From positions 37,448,001 through 37,512,000 of the forward strand of contig NC_043000.1 in assembly GCF_006345805.1 (NCBI RefSeq): DNA of 64,000 nucleotides, given 5' to 3'. Below the pieces are notes generated by a model. It saw nothing but the letters and a program-made list of their open reading frames with translations, made no database searches and was not told the origin of the DNA. Positions 12,732 to 25,680 of the stretch are shown one piece after another. Numbering within the stretch: position 1 is the first letter of the stretch; the number at the start of each line of letters is the position of its first letter. The stretch comes from Octopus sinensis. Taxonomy: Eukaryota. Made by a program: the position numbers and the translations under genes.

Positions 12732-14530
12732 TCTTAATGAATGGCTTGTTTATCAGTCCAAACATTCCACAAGCATATTTGAACTGGTAATAACATTGCA
12801 TTTATGCATGTCACTGCTTAACGCTCCAATTTCATAATATATACCTATAGATATATATATGCATACATACGGATGGACAGACAGATAGACGAACAGACAG
12901 ACAAATAGACAGATATATATTGAAGATCCAAAAGATCCATTTTCCAATGCATGGGTCACATGGAATTTGTTGTAGATTTTCTACAGTCAGATATCCTTTT
13001 TGTTGCGAACCTTTATCAGTTTTCAAGCAACATAATACTTCCTCAAGATTGGATATGCTTCAAAGAAGATTGCTAATGAAGGACTGTTTTGATGTCTTTG
13101 TATGATGGTGACACTTGTTTACAAGTATCGTGTAATGTCAGGACCAGGAAGCACAAACATATCCTCACACACAGATGTACGATAGGCTTCTTTAAGTTTC
13201 CACTTTCCATATCCTTTCACAAAGCCTAAGGCAGCTGGGTTCTTTAGAAGCAAACACTTGCACAATGTGTTTCCCAGTGTGATAGAATCTGAAACCACAT
13301 AATTGGGAAGTGAACTTCTGAACTATGAAGCCAAGCTTGCACTTTGACCATCCTCTGTTGCTAACATACATTCTAATTATGCAGTGAGGAGGAAAAAGGA
13401 CAATAGCTGAATGACTAATGTTATTTTTAATAATTTCCGCAAGTACAAGAGATGACTAGCTGCAATCAGTTCTTGGCCTGGCCATGAGTGAATAAATTCT
13501 AACTATGGAAACCCTCAAAATGAAGGTGTTGCTTAGGCACATCTTTATTTGTCATTGGCCATCAACTGGACAGGTGTGCTACATATGAAGTGGACATCAG
13601 CTATAGGCCATACTTTATGTTAAGCTATTATTTGCATCATGCTCGCTGAGACAATGCATACACTTCGTTACAAAGCCGTATTGAAATATGACCCTAATGT
13701 CTAGGACATTAACCACACGGAGAAGAAGAGTATTGATGTGAAGAGATAAATCTTGGAGCCTGACACTCTGATATGGAAGATAAACGTCTACAAAAGAATA
13801 TATAAAAGCTTAACAAACAAATAAATGTAAACATAAACTTCATTTATATACACAAGAGTGTGTGTATGATTGTGTGCATGTGTGTGTATGTTGTGTATGT
13901 GTGTGCATGTGTAGCGTATATGCATGTATTTGAATAAGAGATCAATGAAAGAAATATTTATTGTAAAGTTCATGCTGCATGCTCTAGTTATCTCTTATTC
14001 AATCTATAAAAACAACAAATATGTTTAAAAAAATATATACATAATTCAATGTACAATGAGCTCCTGACCAGTTATAAATATACTGGTGGATGGTTGTGAC
14101 AGATAAGTACATATGCCATGTTCTTATATGTATATACATTGATAATAAATTCACAATGCCTCAAAACATCAATATAAACTTAGAAATATACTAATAGAAA
14201 ACACAAAGCAATAAGTTTAAGAACTCACAACAGAATATAGGAAACTAAATATAAAATGTCTAAAAATAGTGCAAAACTGTCTTTTTTAATAAGATATGCA
14301 TTAGTCCCCACATCTTGTACAACACAAACACATGCACTTTATGTGGGTGTGCAGGTGTGTGTGTCTGTGTGTATATGTATATACATGTGCATGTATGTAC
14401 ATACATATATGTACATATAAATATGTGTGTATATGTAAATATAATATATATGCATACACATATATTTTATTTTGTGGTACAAAAACATAAAAGAACTCAA
14501 TACAACATTATGTTGGAAGTTAGTAGAGTC

Positions 14531-14593
<63 letters not shown>

Positions 14594-14983
14594 CATTTAC
14601 ACACACATACACACACACAATTCCTTATCAGCCTACAGACATACAACCATTAACCAATGAATGGGCTGACTAATCAAAACCATGATTCAAGTGTAAAATC
14701 TCTGTTTATGTCACATAAGTTAACATATATTCTGTTTGACATACAACAACTCTATCCCAACTGTGCTAGAACGACCATCGCCATCTTTTGAAATACTAAT
14801 TTTCAGAAAAAATTACATTCAGGAGTCATAGCTTTCTCATCAGAATATGAGAAAATGTTCTTGCTTCAAGTAACTGTGTCAGCTCACAACATAGCCCAAA
14901 TATACTTCAATATGAAATGCTCTTATCATAGATGTGAATGATCATTTCTTTTAACTTCAGACATCTAGGACTGATAATAGAGT

Positions 14984-15246
14984 TTTATATTTAAGAGATG
15001 AGGAATTATGTACATTATTTACATTTGATGGATATTTGTCCTCATCTTGTTTGTTGTTAACACAACATTTCGGCTGATATACCCTCCAGCCTTCATCAGG
15101 TGTCTTGGAGAAATTTTGAACCTGGATTCTCATTCCTAAGGTATTTTTTCGATGTTATTATTATTATTATTCAGGTCACTGCTTGGAATCGAACTCGGAA
15201 TCTTGGGGTTAGTAGCCTGCGCTCTTAGCCACTAAGCCATATGCCC
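14984..15246 (-). mobile_element. tRNA-headed SINE with Penelope-type tail carrying a hammerhead motif
   Basis: Minus strand: A box tggcttagtgg, B box gagttcgattcc, (aat)n, then gacacCTGATGAaggctg..cagccGAAAtgttgtgtt. Confidence 0.8.
15059..15104 (-). ncRNA. Minimal type-I hammerhead ribozyme motif
   Basis: GACAC-CUGAUGA-A-GGCUG(gagggUAUAU)CAGCC-GAAA-U-GUU-GUGUU: stem I GACAC/GUGUU, stem II 5 bp, short stem III. Confidence 0.6.
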
Positions 15247-15247
15247 G

Positions 15248-15447
15248 GGCTACTAACCCCAAGATTCCAAGTTCGATTCCAAGCAGTGACCTGAATAATA
15301 ATAATAAAATTGAAAAATACCTTAGGAATGAGAACCCAGGTTCAAAATTTCCCCAAGACACCTGATGAAGGCTGTGGGGTATATCAGTCAAAATGTGTTA
15401 ACAACAAACAAGATGAGGACAAATATCCATCAAAAGTAAATAATGTA
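15248..15447 (+). mobile_element. Second, 5'-truncated copy of the same SINE, head-to-head with the first
   Basis: Reverse complement of 15011-15217 with scattered substitutions; hammerhead GAAA degenerate (cagtcaaaatg). Confidence 0.85.
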
Positions 15448-16445
15448 TCTAGAACTGAATTCAGAAGATTATCTATTACTGAGAATATTCTATCCCTGCC
15501 TTCCTTTCAAACTGTATTACTTCTGATTTTTTTAATGTAACAAGCTCTGCTCTTTAAATTTGTCTCTCCACATTCTCATCACTACACACATCAGCCTCCT
15601 CGCTTCTTCGATACTTGCACTCCACACCAAACAATATATGCTGCTTCTCATTATAGTCTTTGCCGGTCAATGATACTATTTCACCACAATTACATTAACC
15701 CCCAACCTTCGTATTTAATAAGGCATTGCTATACCAGTTCCCTTGAATACATATGAATACAGAAACACGTATGTGCAAATATTAACACACACGTGTGTGT
15801 GTGTGTCTATTACTGAAGTGGAGCAGCTAGTGTAACCAAAGACTACTTTATAAAATCAGTTAGAACACAAATACAAAGAATATATGAAAGAGAATTAAAA
15901 GAGAGTACTCAGTACTCTTAATTATCTCTCATATCCTTTGTATTTGAATGCACACTGATCATATACAGATATTCTCCATTCAAACCAAGTTTAATCTTCA
16001 AGAATTTAATGTAATTGCACAAACAAAAATCCCCTGCCTCTCTCTATATCTCTTTCCTCTCTCTCTCTCTCTCCCACACACAAACACATACAAGCACTTG
16101 AGTACACACTTACAAATGGGACTACATCAATGTTTAATCAATGAGAAAGGTTAAATTACGTATTTAAGAAACTTCCGTTTAAAAGAATGTAACTATATTT
16201 CATTTCAAATCTATAGAATGAAAATAAAATAATAGAATAAAAAGCAAAAAATGCAATCAGCCAAATAATTAAAATTAATTGTTTTTTTTTAATCCTCAAA
16301 GATTATGAGATTATTTACTTTCTGTTTCTAAAAGCTTTAGATTATATTTGGATTTAATTCAGTTTGAAAATTTAGAGTTGACAAGCAGTTGTAAGCCCTT
16401 ATCTCTCTTCACTGTGTTCCTTGATGTACCTGTCTATCAATTCAG

Positions 16446-16511
16446 GGTTTCTCCACCAGGGGTTCAGATGATTTTACCATTTCTAATCATTTCCAAATGG
16501 CTATATTCCAG
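16446..16511 (+). CDS. Shal: Candidate Shal alternative cassette exon C (22 aa)
   Basis: pyrimidine-rich acceptor ...caattcag|GGT...CAG|gtgagt (consensus donor), 66 nt, phase 0-0: GFSTRGSDDFTISNHFQMAIFQ. Confidence 0.6.
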
Positions 16512-16805
16512 GTGAGTTATCTTATGCAAATAGCTACAGTTGAAAACCAATAAACAAATAAATGAAATGAAAATAGAAAATATATGATAGAAAGGAGAAA
16601 AAAAAAACCCTCTATTTAAACATGACTACAGCACTATATCAATAATGCAATGAATATTTAATACTTAAACAATCCATCCCAACTGGCATATAATGCTTTT
16701 CAAGTACGAATACAGAGAAAGCAATTTTACCTCAAGATAATTACAGACGAAATACTAGCATTTGTATGTACTCACTCACACACACACATGCTCTCTCTCT
16801 TTATA

Positions 16806-17465
16806 TATACAGGGTGTGCTAGGTAACTGGAAACTAAACAAAACAAAAGGAGAAACAAAAACAAACCAACATTCTCCTAGAAAAACAGCATACATCTTCA
16901 ACTAGATACACAAAGAAAGTGACCAATCAACAAAACCAACCTCAGTCCTTATGACAGCTTTGATGCAGTGATTGAAATGACTATGCCAGGATAGCTCACC
17001 TCTCCCCATGCCACTCCTGGCTGGTTCCCTTACTCAATAATACCACAGATATAACAGTCCAGTAGTCAAATCATGAGTGCTAAGAGATAACTTATCACAC
17101 AGATCTCCAGAGTTTTGCTGGACATGAACTGCCCACTTGTCGTCATGTAAGACATCCTCACACACCACATATCTGCTTTGCAATAGTTTGCATTGATATG
17201 CTGGTATAGTTGTTGATGATGTTCTGCACATGCTGGATAAACTCAACCATCTTGACATCTGACCACTGAATAGGTTTCTTTCTCTTGGTCACAGATGGCA
17301 TGTTCTGGCCTGAGGCCTCAAGCTTTTTCCTGACCATTAACTCAAAGAATCCAGCTATGTTCAAGAAGGTGGCAATCCCCAACTAAAGTCACAAACACAA
17401 TACACTTTTTCATCTATATAAGACTGGAATTTGGCATACTGATGCTATTGATACACCCAGGTGTA
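16806..17465 (-). mobile_element. Internally deleted maT/DD37D-like Tc1/mariner element
   Basis: Terminus tacagggtgt at 16806, degenerate acaccc terminus ~17460; minus ORF IATFLNIA...VRKKLEAS...KRKK...SD...EFIQHVQNII...SMQTIAKQ and LLDCYICGIIE. Confidence 0.6.
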
Positions 17466-17584
17466 TCAATGCAAAAAATTAAATGAAAAAATAAAAATTT
17501 GCTACATAACACAAAACAAAAATTATGTTAAGTCGTCTTTCATTTACAGCCTACTAAAGTTTACTCATAAACACTCAGAACACC

Positions 17585-17637
<53 letters not shown>

Positions 17638-18219
17638 CGTGTGCATGTGTGTGATGATTATCACTAACATCTTCATTGCCATTGTGTCAGTTTATAATAA
17701 TTGACTATTTACTAAAGTTCTTTTCAAATTTTGTTATTTGTAAATTTTAACCATTTAAAAATCATATGTCATAAAGATGTATAAGTACACACCTTAATTT
17801 TTTATGAATAAACTAATGAAAAAACTTAGGATCAATAAATTTATCAATAGAATATTTTCACTGACATAACTAAATTATGATTAGTAATAGTGGTGTAAGT
17901 GATAGATAGAGAGAATGAATGGTTGAAAGTTTTTAGAGTAACTAGAAAGACTTTTAAAAACTACCAAGGCATGCCTGCTGGATGGAGACTCAGAAGTAAA
18001 GAGAGCACTAGAATGTTTCATGTAGTAAACCAAGATATTTTAATTAAAATTATACCTTAATCAAGAGAGCAATTATTACCTAAATAAATTATTTAATTTA
18101 GTCAAAAAGAGAAGACAACTGTGAAATTAATATCGGTTTCAAATTTTGGCACAAGGTCCATTTGATTTTGATTTGAATCAAATCAAATGAAATCACAATC
18201 AGATGGAAATTGTAATTGT

Positions 18220-18560
18220 GGCAGATGCCAGTGCTGCTTGACTGGCTCCCATGCTGGTGGCATGCAATAAGTACCATTCATGTGTGGGTCGTTGCCAGTG
18301 CCACCTGACTGGCTCCCCTTGCCAGTAGCATGTAAAAAGCACCATCTGAACATGGCCAATGCCAGTGCTGCCAGACTGGTTCACATGCCAGTGGCACATA
18401 AAAAGCACCCAATACACTTTCAGAGTAGTTGGCATTACGAAGCTGTACAAACATTGCCAGATCAGAGTGGGGCCTGGTGCAGCCGTCTGGCTTGCCAGTC
18501 CCCAGTCAAACTGCCAGCATGGAAAACAGACGTTAAACGATGATGATGTTGATGATGTCA
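18220..18560 (+). mobile_element. RTE LINE 3'-end fragment
   Basis: Same repeated gccagtgccacctgactggc units and (gat)n tail as 5345-5815. Confidence 0.8.
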
Positions 18561-19382
18561 GCTGGTTTGAAGAAGAGACTAAGTTGATTACATCAAACCC
18601 AATGTATAACTGGTACCTATTTTATTGACCTCCAGAAGGATGAAAAAAGCAAGTTGACCCTATGAAATTTGAACTCAGAATGTAAAACAGATGAGATGCC
18701 ACAAAGCACTTGGTCCAGAGTGCTAACTATTCAGCCAGCTTGCCACCTTAACCCTGAAATTAATATTAACATTAATTAGATATGGAATGCAGTGGAGAGT
18801 GAGTCTGGTCTTCAACAGACAATGATAACCCTAGTTGTGTTTCAGTCTTATGAGAATTCCCCAGCAAGACATTGCCTAATTACTGCAGATCTTAGATTAC
18901 AAGAGAATTTGAAATTATTATTTTTTTTTTATTGTTAATCATCACAGATTGGCATTGTATCTTAAAAGAATGATTGGGGGGAAATATCTTGGGATGCTGG
19001 CTGCATGAAAGACAAATTATAAGAAGGTTACTAACTTACTTGATGCAGTAAGCCAAGAAATTTCAATTAGAATTACACATTTAATGATGAGAATTTTATT
19101 TTACAAATGAAAGTGAGACAACCCTGAAATATAATTACTGTATTTGATGACATATAATGCAGACTTTTTGATATTAATAATTGGTTTTATAAACTGCCCT
19201 ATGCACTATACATGGATACAAGATAATTTTCTTACTTTGTGGTGACATCAATCCTTTTAAGAGTTGCTATAAAATTTTAGACCATTATTTCTAATATCTT
19301 TGACATTTGTATTTTGCAAGAAATCATTTCTTCAAATCAAAAGTGGACATTAAACACCATGAAGTATGATAAATACTACTAA

Positions 19383-19795
19383 CAGGAGTGGGGCAGTGTG
19401 GTAAGAAGTTTGCTTCACAACCACATGGTTCTGGCTTCAATCCTACTGCATGGCACATTGGGCAAGTGTCTTCTACTATAACCTTGGGCCAACCAAAGAC
19501 TCATGAGTGGATTTGTTAGACGGAAACTGAAAGAAGCCTGTCATCTACATATATATATACACGTGTGTGTGTGTATGTGTCTTTCTGTTTGTGTTTGCCC
19601 TCTGCCATCACTTAACAATTGGTGCTGGTGTGTTTACATTCCCAAAACTTAGCTGTAAGGCAAAAAAAATCAATTGAAGAAGTACCAGATTTTAAAAAGA
19701 TAAAAAAAATATAGGGGTTGATTCATTTGACTAAAATTCATCAAGATAGTGCCCCAGCATGGTCGCAGTCTAATGACTGAAACAAGTGAAATATA
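19383..19795 (+). mobile_element. tRNA-derived SINE
   Basis: Head ggagtggggcagtgtggtaagaag...ggcttcaatcc; tail gtgccccagcatggtcgcagtctaatgactgaaac. Confidence 0.8.
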
Positions 19796-20234
19796 TTAAA
19801 GAGCCGGCCATCACCAACAAATAAGTATGCTTGGCTACATGTACAATCATTATCACCATCCAAACATGATCGAAAACAGGACCCCATGACAGGTTCCCTT
19901 TGTTGATTATTTCAGATACCTATGTAGTCACAAGCAAACACAGACACCCTCTTCTCATACCCTTTCATCCAGTGGCACATTCTGGATGTGACAGCTAGAA
20001 GGGGAGAGAAATCTACACCAGCACTTGTCTGGTGCTCATGTTCAGTTGAATAGATTGGAAGAATGTGAAATGAAGTGCCTTGCTCATGGTCAAAACATGC
20101 CACCCAAAACATTATGATTGAAAGCCCAATAACTTAACCATAAGACCATGCACCAGCACATGTTTAACATGCTATTAGTAATAGAGTGAAAACATTTGTC
20201 CAAAACTATAATGACTCTTCCAATAATAATAATA

Positions 20235-20613
20235 ACAAGAGCATTCAGAGAGCGCAAACCTCCGCCAGGGGCAACACCAACATCCTCTCAACAATTAGCC
20301 AGAGATGATTTTTAAAATGAGAATATCTGAAATAAACTTGACTGCTCTCACAAACATAAATACTAAAAATGAACCTGATTGCTGTCAAAATTTAAGTAAA
20401 AAAAAAAAAAACAGAAAAATAAAAATAATCCAGAATCCTTGTCTGGTACCAGATCAATCCCAAAATCTAATCAGTTTGTGCCAGTCACAAGGCCAAACAT
20501 CCTCGAAAGTTTCATCCAAATCCATCCAGCGGTTCTTGAGATATCATATTCATGGACAAACAAACAAACATGACTGAAAACAATACATCCGCCTTCGCTA
20601 AGGCGAAGGTAAT
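20235..20613 (+). mobile_element. Non-autonomous Helentron/HINE-like element
   Basis: 5' acctccgcc and 3' ggcgaaggt sub-terminal inverted repeats plus 3' hairpin cgccttcgctaaggcg; inserted in (taa)n; second copy at 30177-30972. Confidence 0.55.
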
Positions 20614-21020
20614 AATGGTTTCAAATTTTGGCACAAGGCCAGCAATTTTAGGTGGATGGTATAAGTTATTTACATCAACCCCAGTACTTGACTAGTATTT
20701 TATCAATTGTAAAAGGATGAAAGGCAAATTTGACCTCAGTGGGATATGAACTCAGAAAGTAAATAGGTGGAAGAAATGCTGCTAAACATTTTATCCGATA
20801 TGTTAATAATTTTGCTAGTTTACCACCTTAAAAACGATAACAACAGCAATAATAATCTTTCTCACTCAAGGTACAAGGCTTGAAATTTCGAGGAGGAAGC
20901 TGATCTATAATGTCAATCTCAGCTGAATTTGAATTCAGAACATAATGACTCAAAGCATTTTGCTGGGCATGCTAACAATTCTGCCAGCTCACGACCATAA
21001 TAATAATAATAATAATAATA
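20614..21020 (-). mobile_element. Two tandem degenerate SINE copies in (taa)n context
   Basis: ggcacaaggcc...ggatgaaaggcaaa...gaactcagaa...ctgccagctc family. Confidence 0.7.
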
Positions 21021-24000
21021 ATAAGGTAGTGATTTACATACATGAGACATCTTTGTCACACTGCATGATGATTCTGCCTTAAGAATACATTAAGGGTATA
21101 TAAGCCTGTGAAATATTAGTCTGCAGACACTGTAATTCATTGAATATGTAATTCTGTTGATCAAACAATTGGAATAACTGTCAAAAACCAATGCAGAATC
21201 CATTCACTATTCTATAATACAATAAAACAAGTGCTAGTTCACTTGCGTCCAGTAAATCACAAGTATTTATTTCATCAACTCTGGATGGATTAAAAGCCGA
21301 GTTAAACTTACTAGAATTTAAACATAGAAATATAAAATCCAAAATCAACACTGACAGGTTGTCAGTAAATCATTATAATTATTAGATTTATATTTTATTT
21401 CAAGTCAAGGATTATATTCTGCTTTAAATTCTTCACTAAAGATGTCAAGTAGTCTTAGAGTTACAACTGGCTGCTGAGTCATTAGGATCTGAAAGATCGA
21501 TGGCTCCTATCCTGTCACTAGTACTAAACCATATTCTTGATAAGAAACATTCAACTATTTCTGGCTTGTTTCTCTTAGCTGTAAATCAATATTATGTGAG
21601 ACTGAGCTCAGTGTTATAACCGAGATGCATTTTATTGGCTTGCAGAGCAAATTTCACATCCACCCATGGGCTCCTGCAGAGGATGTAGATATCAACAGTA
21701 ATCTATTGTCCAACACAGGTCAAACTGCAGTGCCTAACAATTTTCTTTATCCTCAACCTGGTGAATGTCATCTATTAGAGTTTGTTCATCTGTCTTTTAC
21801 AGTACATTCTAGGCAAAAAGTAAAGCCATAAAGTGCTCCTCTACATTACATATCAAATGAACAATAGAAAATATTTTCTAAAATGAAATTTTTACATTAA
21901 AAATTCACTGTATTCTTTTCTTTAGGAATATTTCAGTTTACCAACGTGTAGTTTGTTTCTGAGGTGACATTTTAGGATATCAAATAATAGTGCTGAAAAC
22001 ATTTTAATTTTAATTTATGTTTGGATTTATATAAAGAGACTGAAGATTGACATTATCAATGTCACTGATATCAATAATAGTGTGTTAGCAGAAATTAAAG
22101 ATCACGTGACCAAATGCCTAACATTATTTGATTTGTCACTATACTTTCAGTGTTATTCTCACTGATGCCCAAATAGATTTCCCTCAAAAAATTTGGCATT
22201 GTACACAGGCAAAATTTTTCAATACTGTCACCATTAGTTTAGTGTATTTCCATGCTGGTTTGATATGAATTTGCACTGTAGTGTAGTTTCAACTGTTCAT
22301 ATTCTGCTTTAATGCACATACATTTCTCAACATCGTTAAACTGAATTTAATTTGAGCAAAGCTTTGTTAAACCTTCCTTCTTTCACTTTAACTCAGTCAT
22401 ACGTTAAATAATTTTCAGTATTACCTGAGCACATTTTCACTAATCTCATGATTGAACCTCACATTCTTACTTGTCAACTAACCACAAAACCTTGAAATTT
22501 CTTTCAAATGGGGTTTTAAAAATGGGGTCATATATTACATTTTGAACCATATAATTTTTGAATGAATGCATTATTTAATTGGTTAAATGCATATCATAGG
22601 TGATTATGGTTATCAACATAACTATGAAATATGGCACAATTACCTGTATAAAAAAACTATCAGAAGATACCAACAGAAAAATTTGTACAAATGAAAGTAA
22701 ATAGACGAATAAATAACTTACAAAATGTTGAAAGACTCCAAGTTAAGAAATTCGGATTGTGAACACCAAACAAAATTATGCGAGTAATGGATAAAATGAG
22801 AAAAACAATATGTATTTCTTTTTAATATTATACTTGCTAAAATAACAACAATGCAAAATAGCAAAAATAAATTAACTTTTAGATACTTCAGTTCTGTAAA
22901 TATCATCTCATTTCTCTTTGCCCTATGAGATGAAATTTTTCCTGAGGAGAAATATTTATTTTACATTAAAATCAAAGGAAATGGAATTATAGACATTATA
23001 TACAGAAAAATGTTTAACAATCGAAAACAAGTCACTAATTGGGATATATGCATGCGTATTCTTATGCTCATGCATCTGTAAAGATTTCATATAGCCAATA
23101 CTGGTAAACACGACTTAGCTTTGTGAATAAACATACACACATACATATAGATATATATACATACACACACAAGCACACACATAAAAACACAAAAATGTGT
23201 ATTACTGAGTAATCGGAAGTTATACTCTCCAATCTATAATTGGTGTATTGTTGGCATTAGTCAGGGTATTTGGCTATATAACTGTAAGAGGCAGAGTAGG
23301 GGGAAAAAAAAGAAATTAAATACTTAAAGTAAGCAATAGTATTTACCACAAACATAAAAATCCTTTACTTGAAAGTAAAACCCACAATGGACTGGAAAGT
23401 TTCATGCCAATAGATTAGAGCTGGAGATGAGCCATACATAAACTATTCTGACCCATATACACATGCCAGAAGAGCAAAAACTAAAATTACATTTAAATGC
23501 ATGTGTATCTCTGTATACACAGTAATAAATTCATACATTTATATTCACACACTCTGAGAGTTTAAAAGAAAATAATGAAATGGTATCAAAGGAGACATCA
23601 TTGCTTATCATTATCTCACAAGGGAAATAACCATTATGTACATTAAAATGGAAGTACTCTTTCAACCTATATATTTAAAAACTGTTGCCAAACACCATTT
23701 TTAAATCATAATGTCCATGATTTTTTTATATTCTGAACTAACCAAAAATTCAATCTCAATTTTAATTCTATTGTTTTTATTCTCATATTTACTACAACTT
23801 TCTGTTTTCATTACCCCTCACCCCACTGTAGTCTTCTCCATTTTCCATAATTAGTTATATAAATATTTAACATATTCATTTTACATCACAAACATTTTTA
23901 CTCAGAACTAGTATATTTGAAACAACTGCATCAAACTGAAATTAGGGTTGTTTTCAATTTAAACACATAATCCTTTGCATTTCAATGAAATTTCAATATA

Positions 24001-24213
24001 TACAGTGAGAGAATTATTTCCATCATTACATGGCTGAATTTGAACTACCAAAAATAAATGATTACTAAACATTTATCCCCTTTATACATTACTGAGGTAC
24101 CCTCTAGGGTTATAAGATATCAATCTGCTATTAGTTTCACCCACTTGATCCTATATTTTTTAAATATAAGTTTAAGATTTCAATGTGTCTACTTAGTGTG
24201 CTATATTCTTTAG

Positions 24214-24333
24214 GGGTTGAATTCTACTACACGCTTACCATCAAGTATGGAACAAGAAATGCAGTCAATAGAACGTGTCTTAACATGGAACTATTACAAC
24301 TATACAAGTGAAGAGCCTGCTGAACACAAACCG
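24214..24333 (+). CDS. Shal: Candidate Shal alternative cassette exon B (40 aa), paralog of exon A
   Basis: tattctttag|GGG...CCG|gtgaga, 120 nt, phase 0-0: GLNSTTRLPSSMEQEMQSIERVLTWNYYNYTSEEPAEHKP. Confidence 0.75.
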
Positions 24334-25419
24334 GTGAGAAAAGCATACACGATTGCAGTAAGAGCCTTGGCACTGACACTTCATTCAAATTTATGCTGTT
24401 GAAACAGTCAATTTTCCTTCAATGTTCCTGGCTTACCAATCCTATATTTAGAGTATTACTAATTCCAAGTTCTTGTAGCACTTCGCTTCTAGAAATTACA
24501 TGACTCCAGCATTTCCCTTATCCACTTCCTGTTTGAGTATTTTTGAAAACTCTAAATTGTTGTTGTTTCCGCTAATGTTATTCTGTTTCAGACAAGTATA
24601 TATATATTCATTATGTCTCTTTGCAAAATCTTTCCTTCCACCCACTTTCTCTCATATTGTGCTTTTAAACGAATATATTGCTCAATATAAACAAAACTCA
24701 ATACACACACACACACACACACACATCATATATCTACAATACTTTAATATATTATAACAGAAGCCTGATGAACTGGCATACAGAATAGGATACCAGATTT
24801 CATGATGGGTGATATTTAGATCTATTAAGTTTTCATTTCACAGCTTAGTAGAGTTCAGTTCACCTATCATTCATTGAGGAGATTATAAAATAAATCCTTT
24901 AATGCCTTGAAGTTGATTTAACCCTTTTGTAACCATATTTTTAAAGAAATATACTACCCTCACTTCAATTAGTTTTGAAAATAATGAAGATTTTAGTAAA
25001 AAAAAAACAAAACTTTGTCATTATTAGGCTTAAATCATAAAATTTTGATGGAAGATTTTAATTTTGACCACTTTAAAACATGGAAGTTTTCTCAGAGAAC
25101 TGGTCTCAGGTAGTTGGTATCAAAATGGTTAACTGACCCTATTTCCCGACTTGGTGGCCTAAATATGCACTGTATATTTCTCACTATACTAACATAGACA
25201 TCTATGCTATATTTCAACATATTCCAAATCCCAACAAAGATATTTACAATATTTCTCATGCTATATTCCTTATGAATATCAACAACATCTATCAATAAGC
25301 TGCTACTCATGTATTCATTAAATAAGGATATTTTCAACGATCGTTACTTTTACTTAACATCTTGTACAAGGTTCATGTTAATTTGCAAACAATTCTAGCA
25401 TATTTTAAAAATTAATTCA

Positions 25420-25680
25420 TCATCATCCGCTTTCCATGCTGGCATGGGTTGGACGGTTTGACTGAGGACTGGTGAGCCAGAAGGCTGCACCAGACTCAAT
25501 CTGATCAGGCAAAGTTTCTACAGCTAGATGCCCTTCCTAACGCCAACCACTCCGAGAGCGTAGTGGGTGCTTTTACGTGCTACCAGCATGAGGGCCAGTC
25601 AGGCGGTTCTGGCAATGACCATGCTCAAACGGTGTTTTTCACCTGCTACTTGCACTGGCAACGACCACAATCGAAAGTTG
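25420..25680 (-). mobile_element. RTE LINE 3'-end fragment
   Basis: catcatcatccgctttccatgctggcatgggttgg... reverse complement of RTE tail. Confidence 0.8.

Noticed and set aside
15595-15756. Open frame after a pyrimidine-rich acatcag (PPRFFDTC...)
   Set aside because: No in-frame canonical donor and no homology; too weak to call
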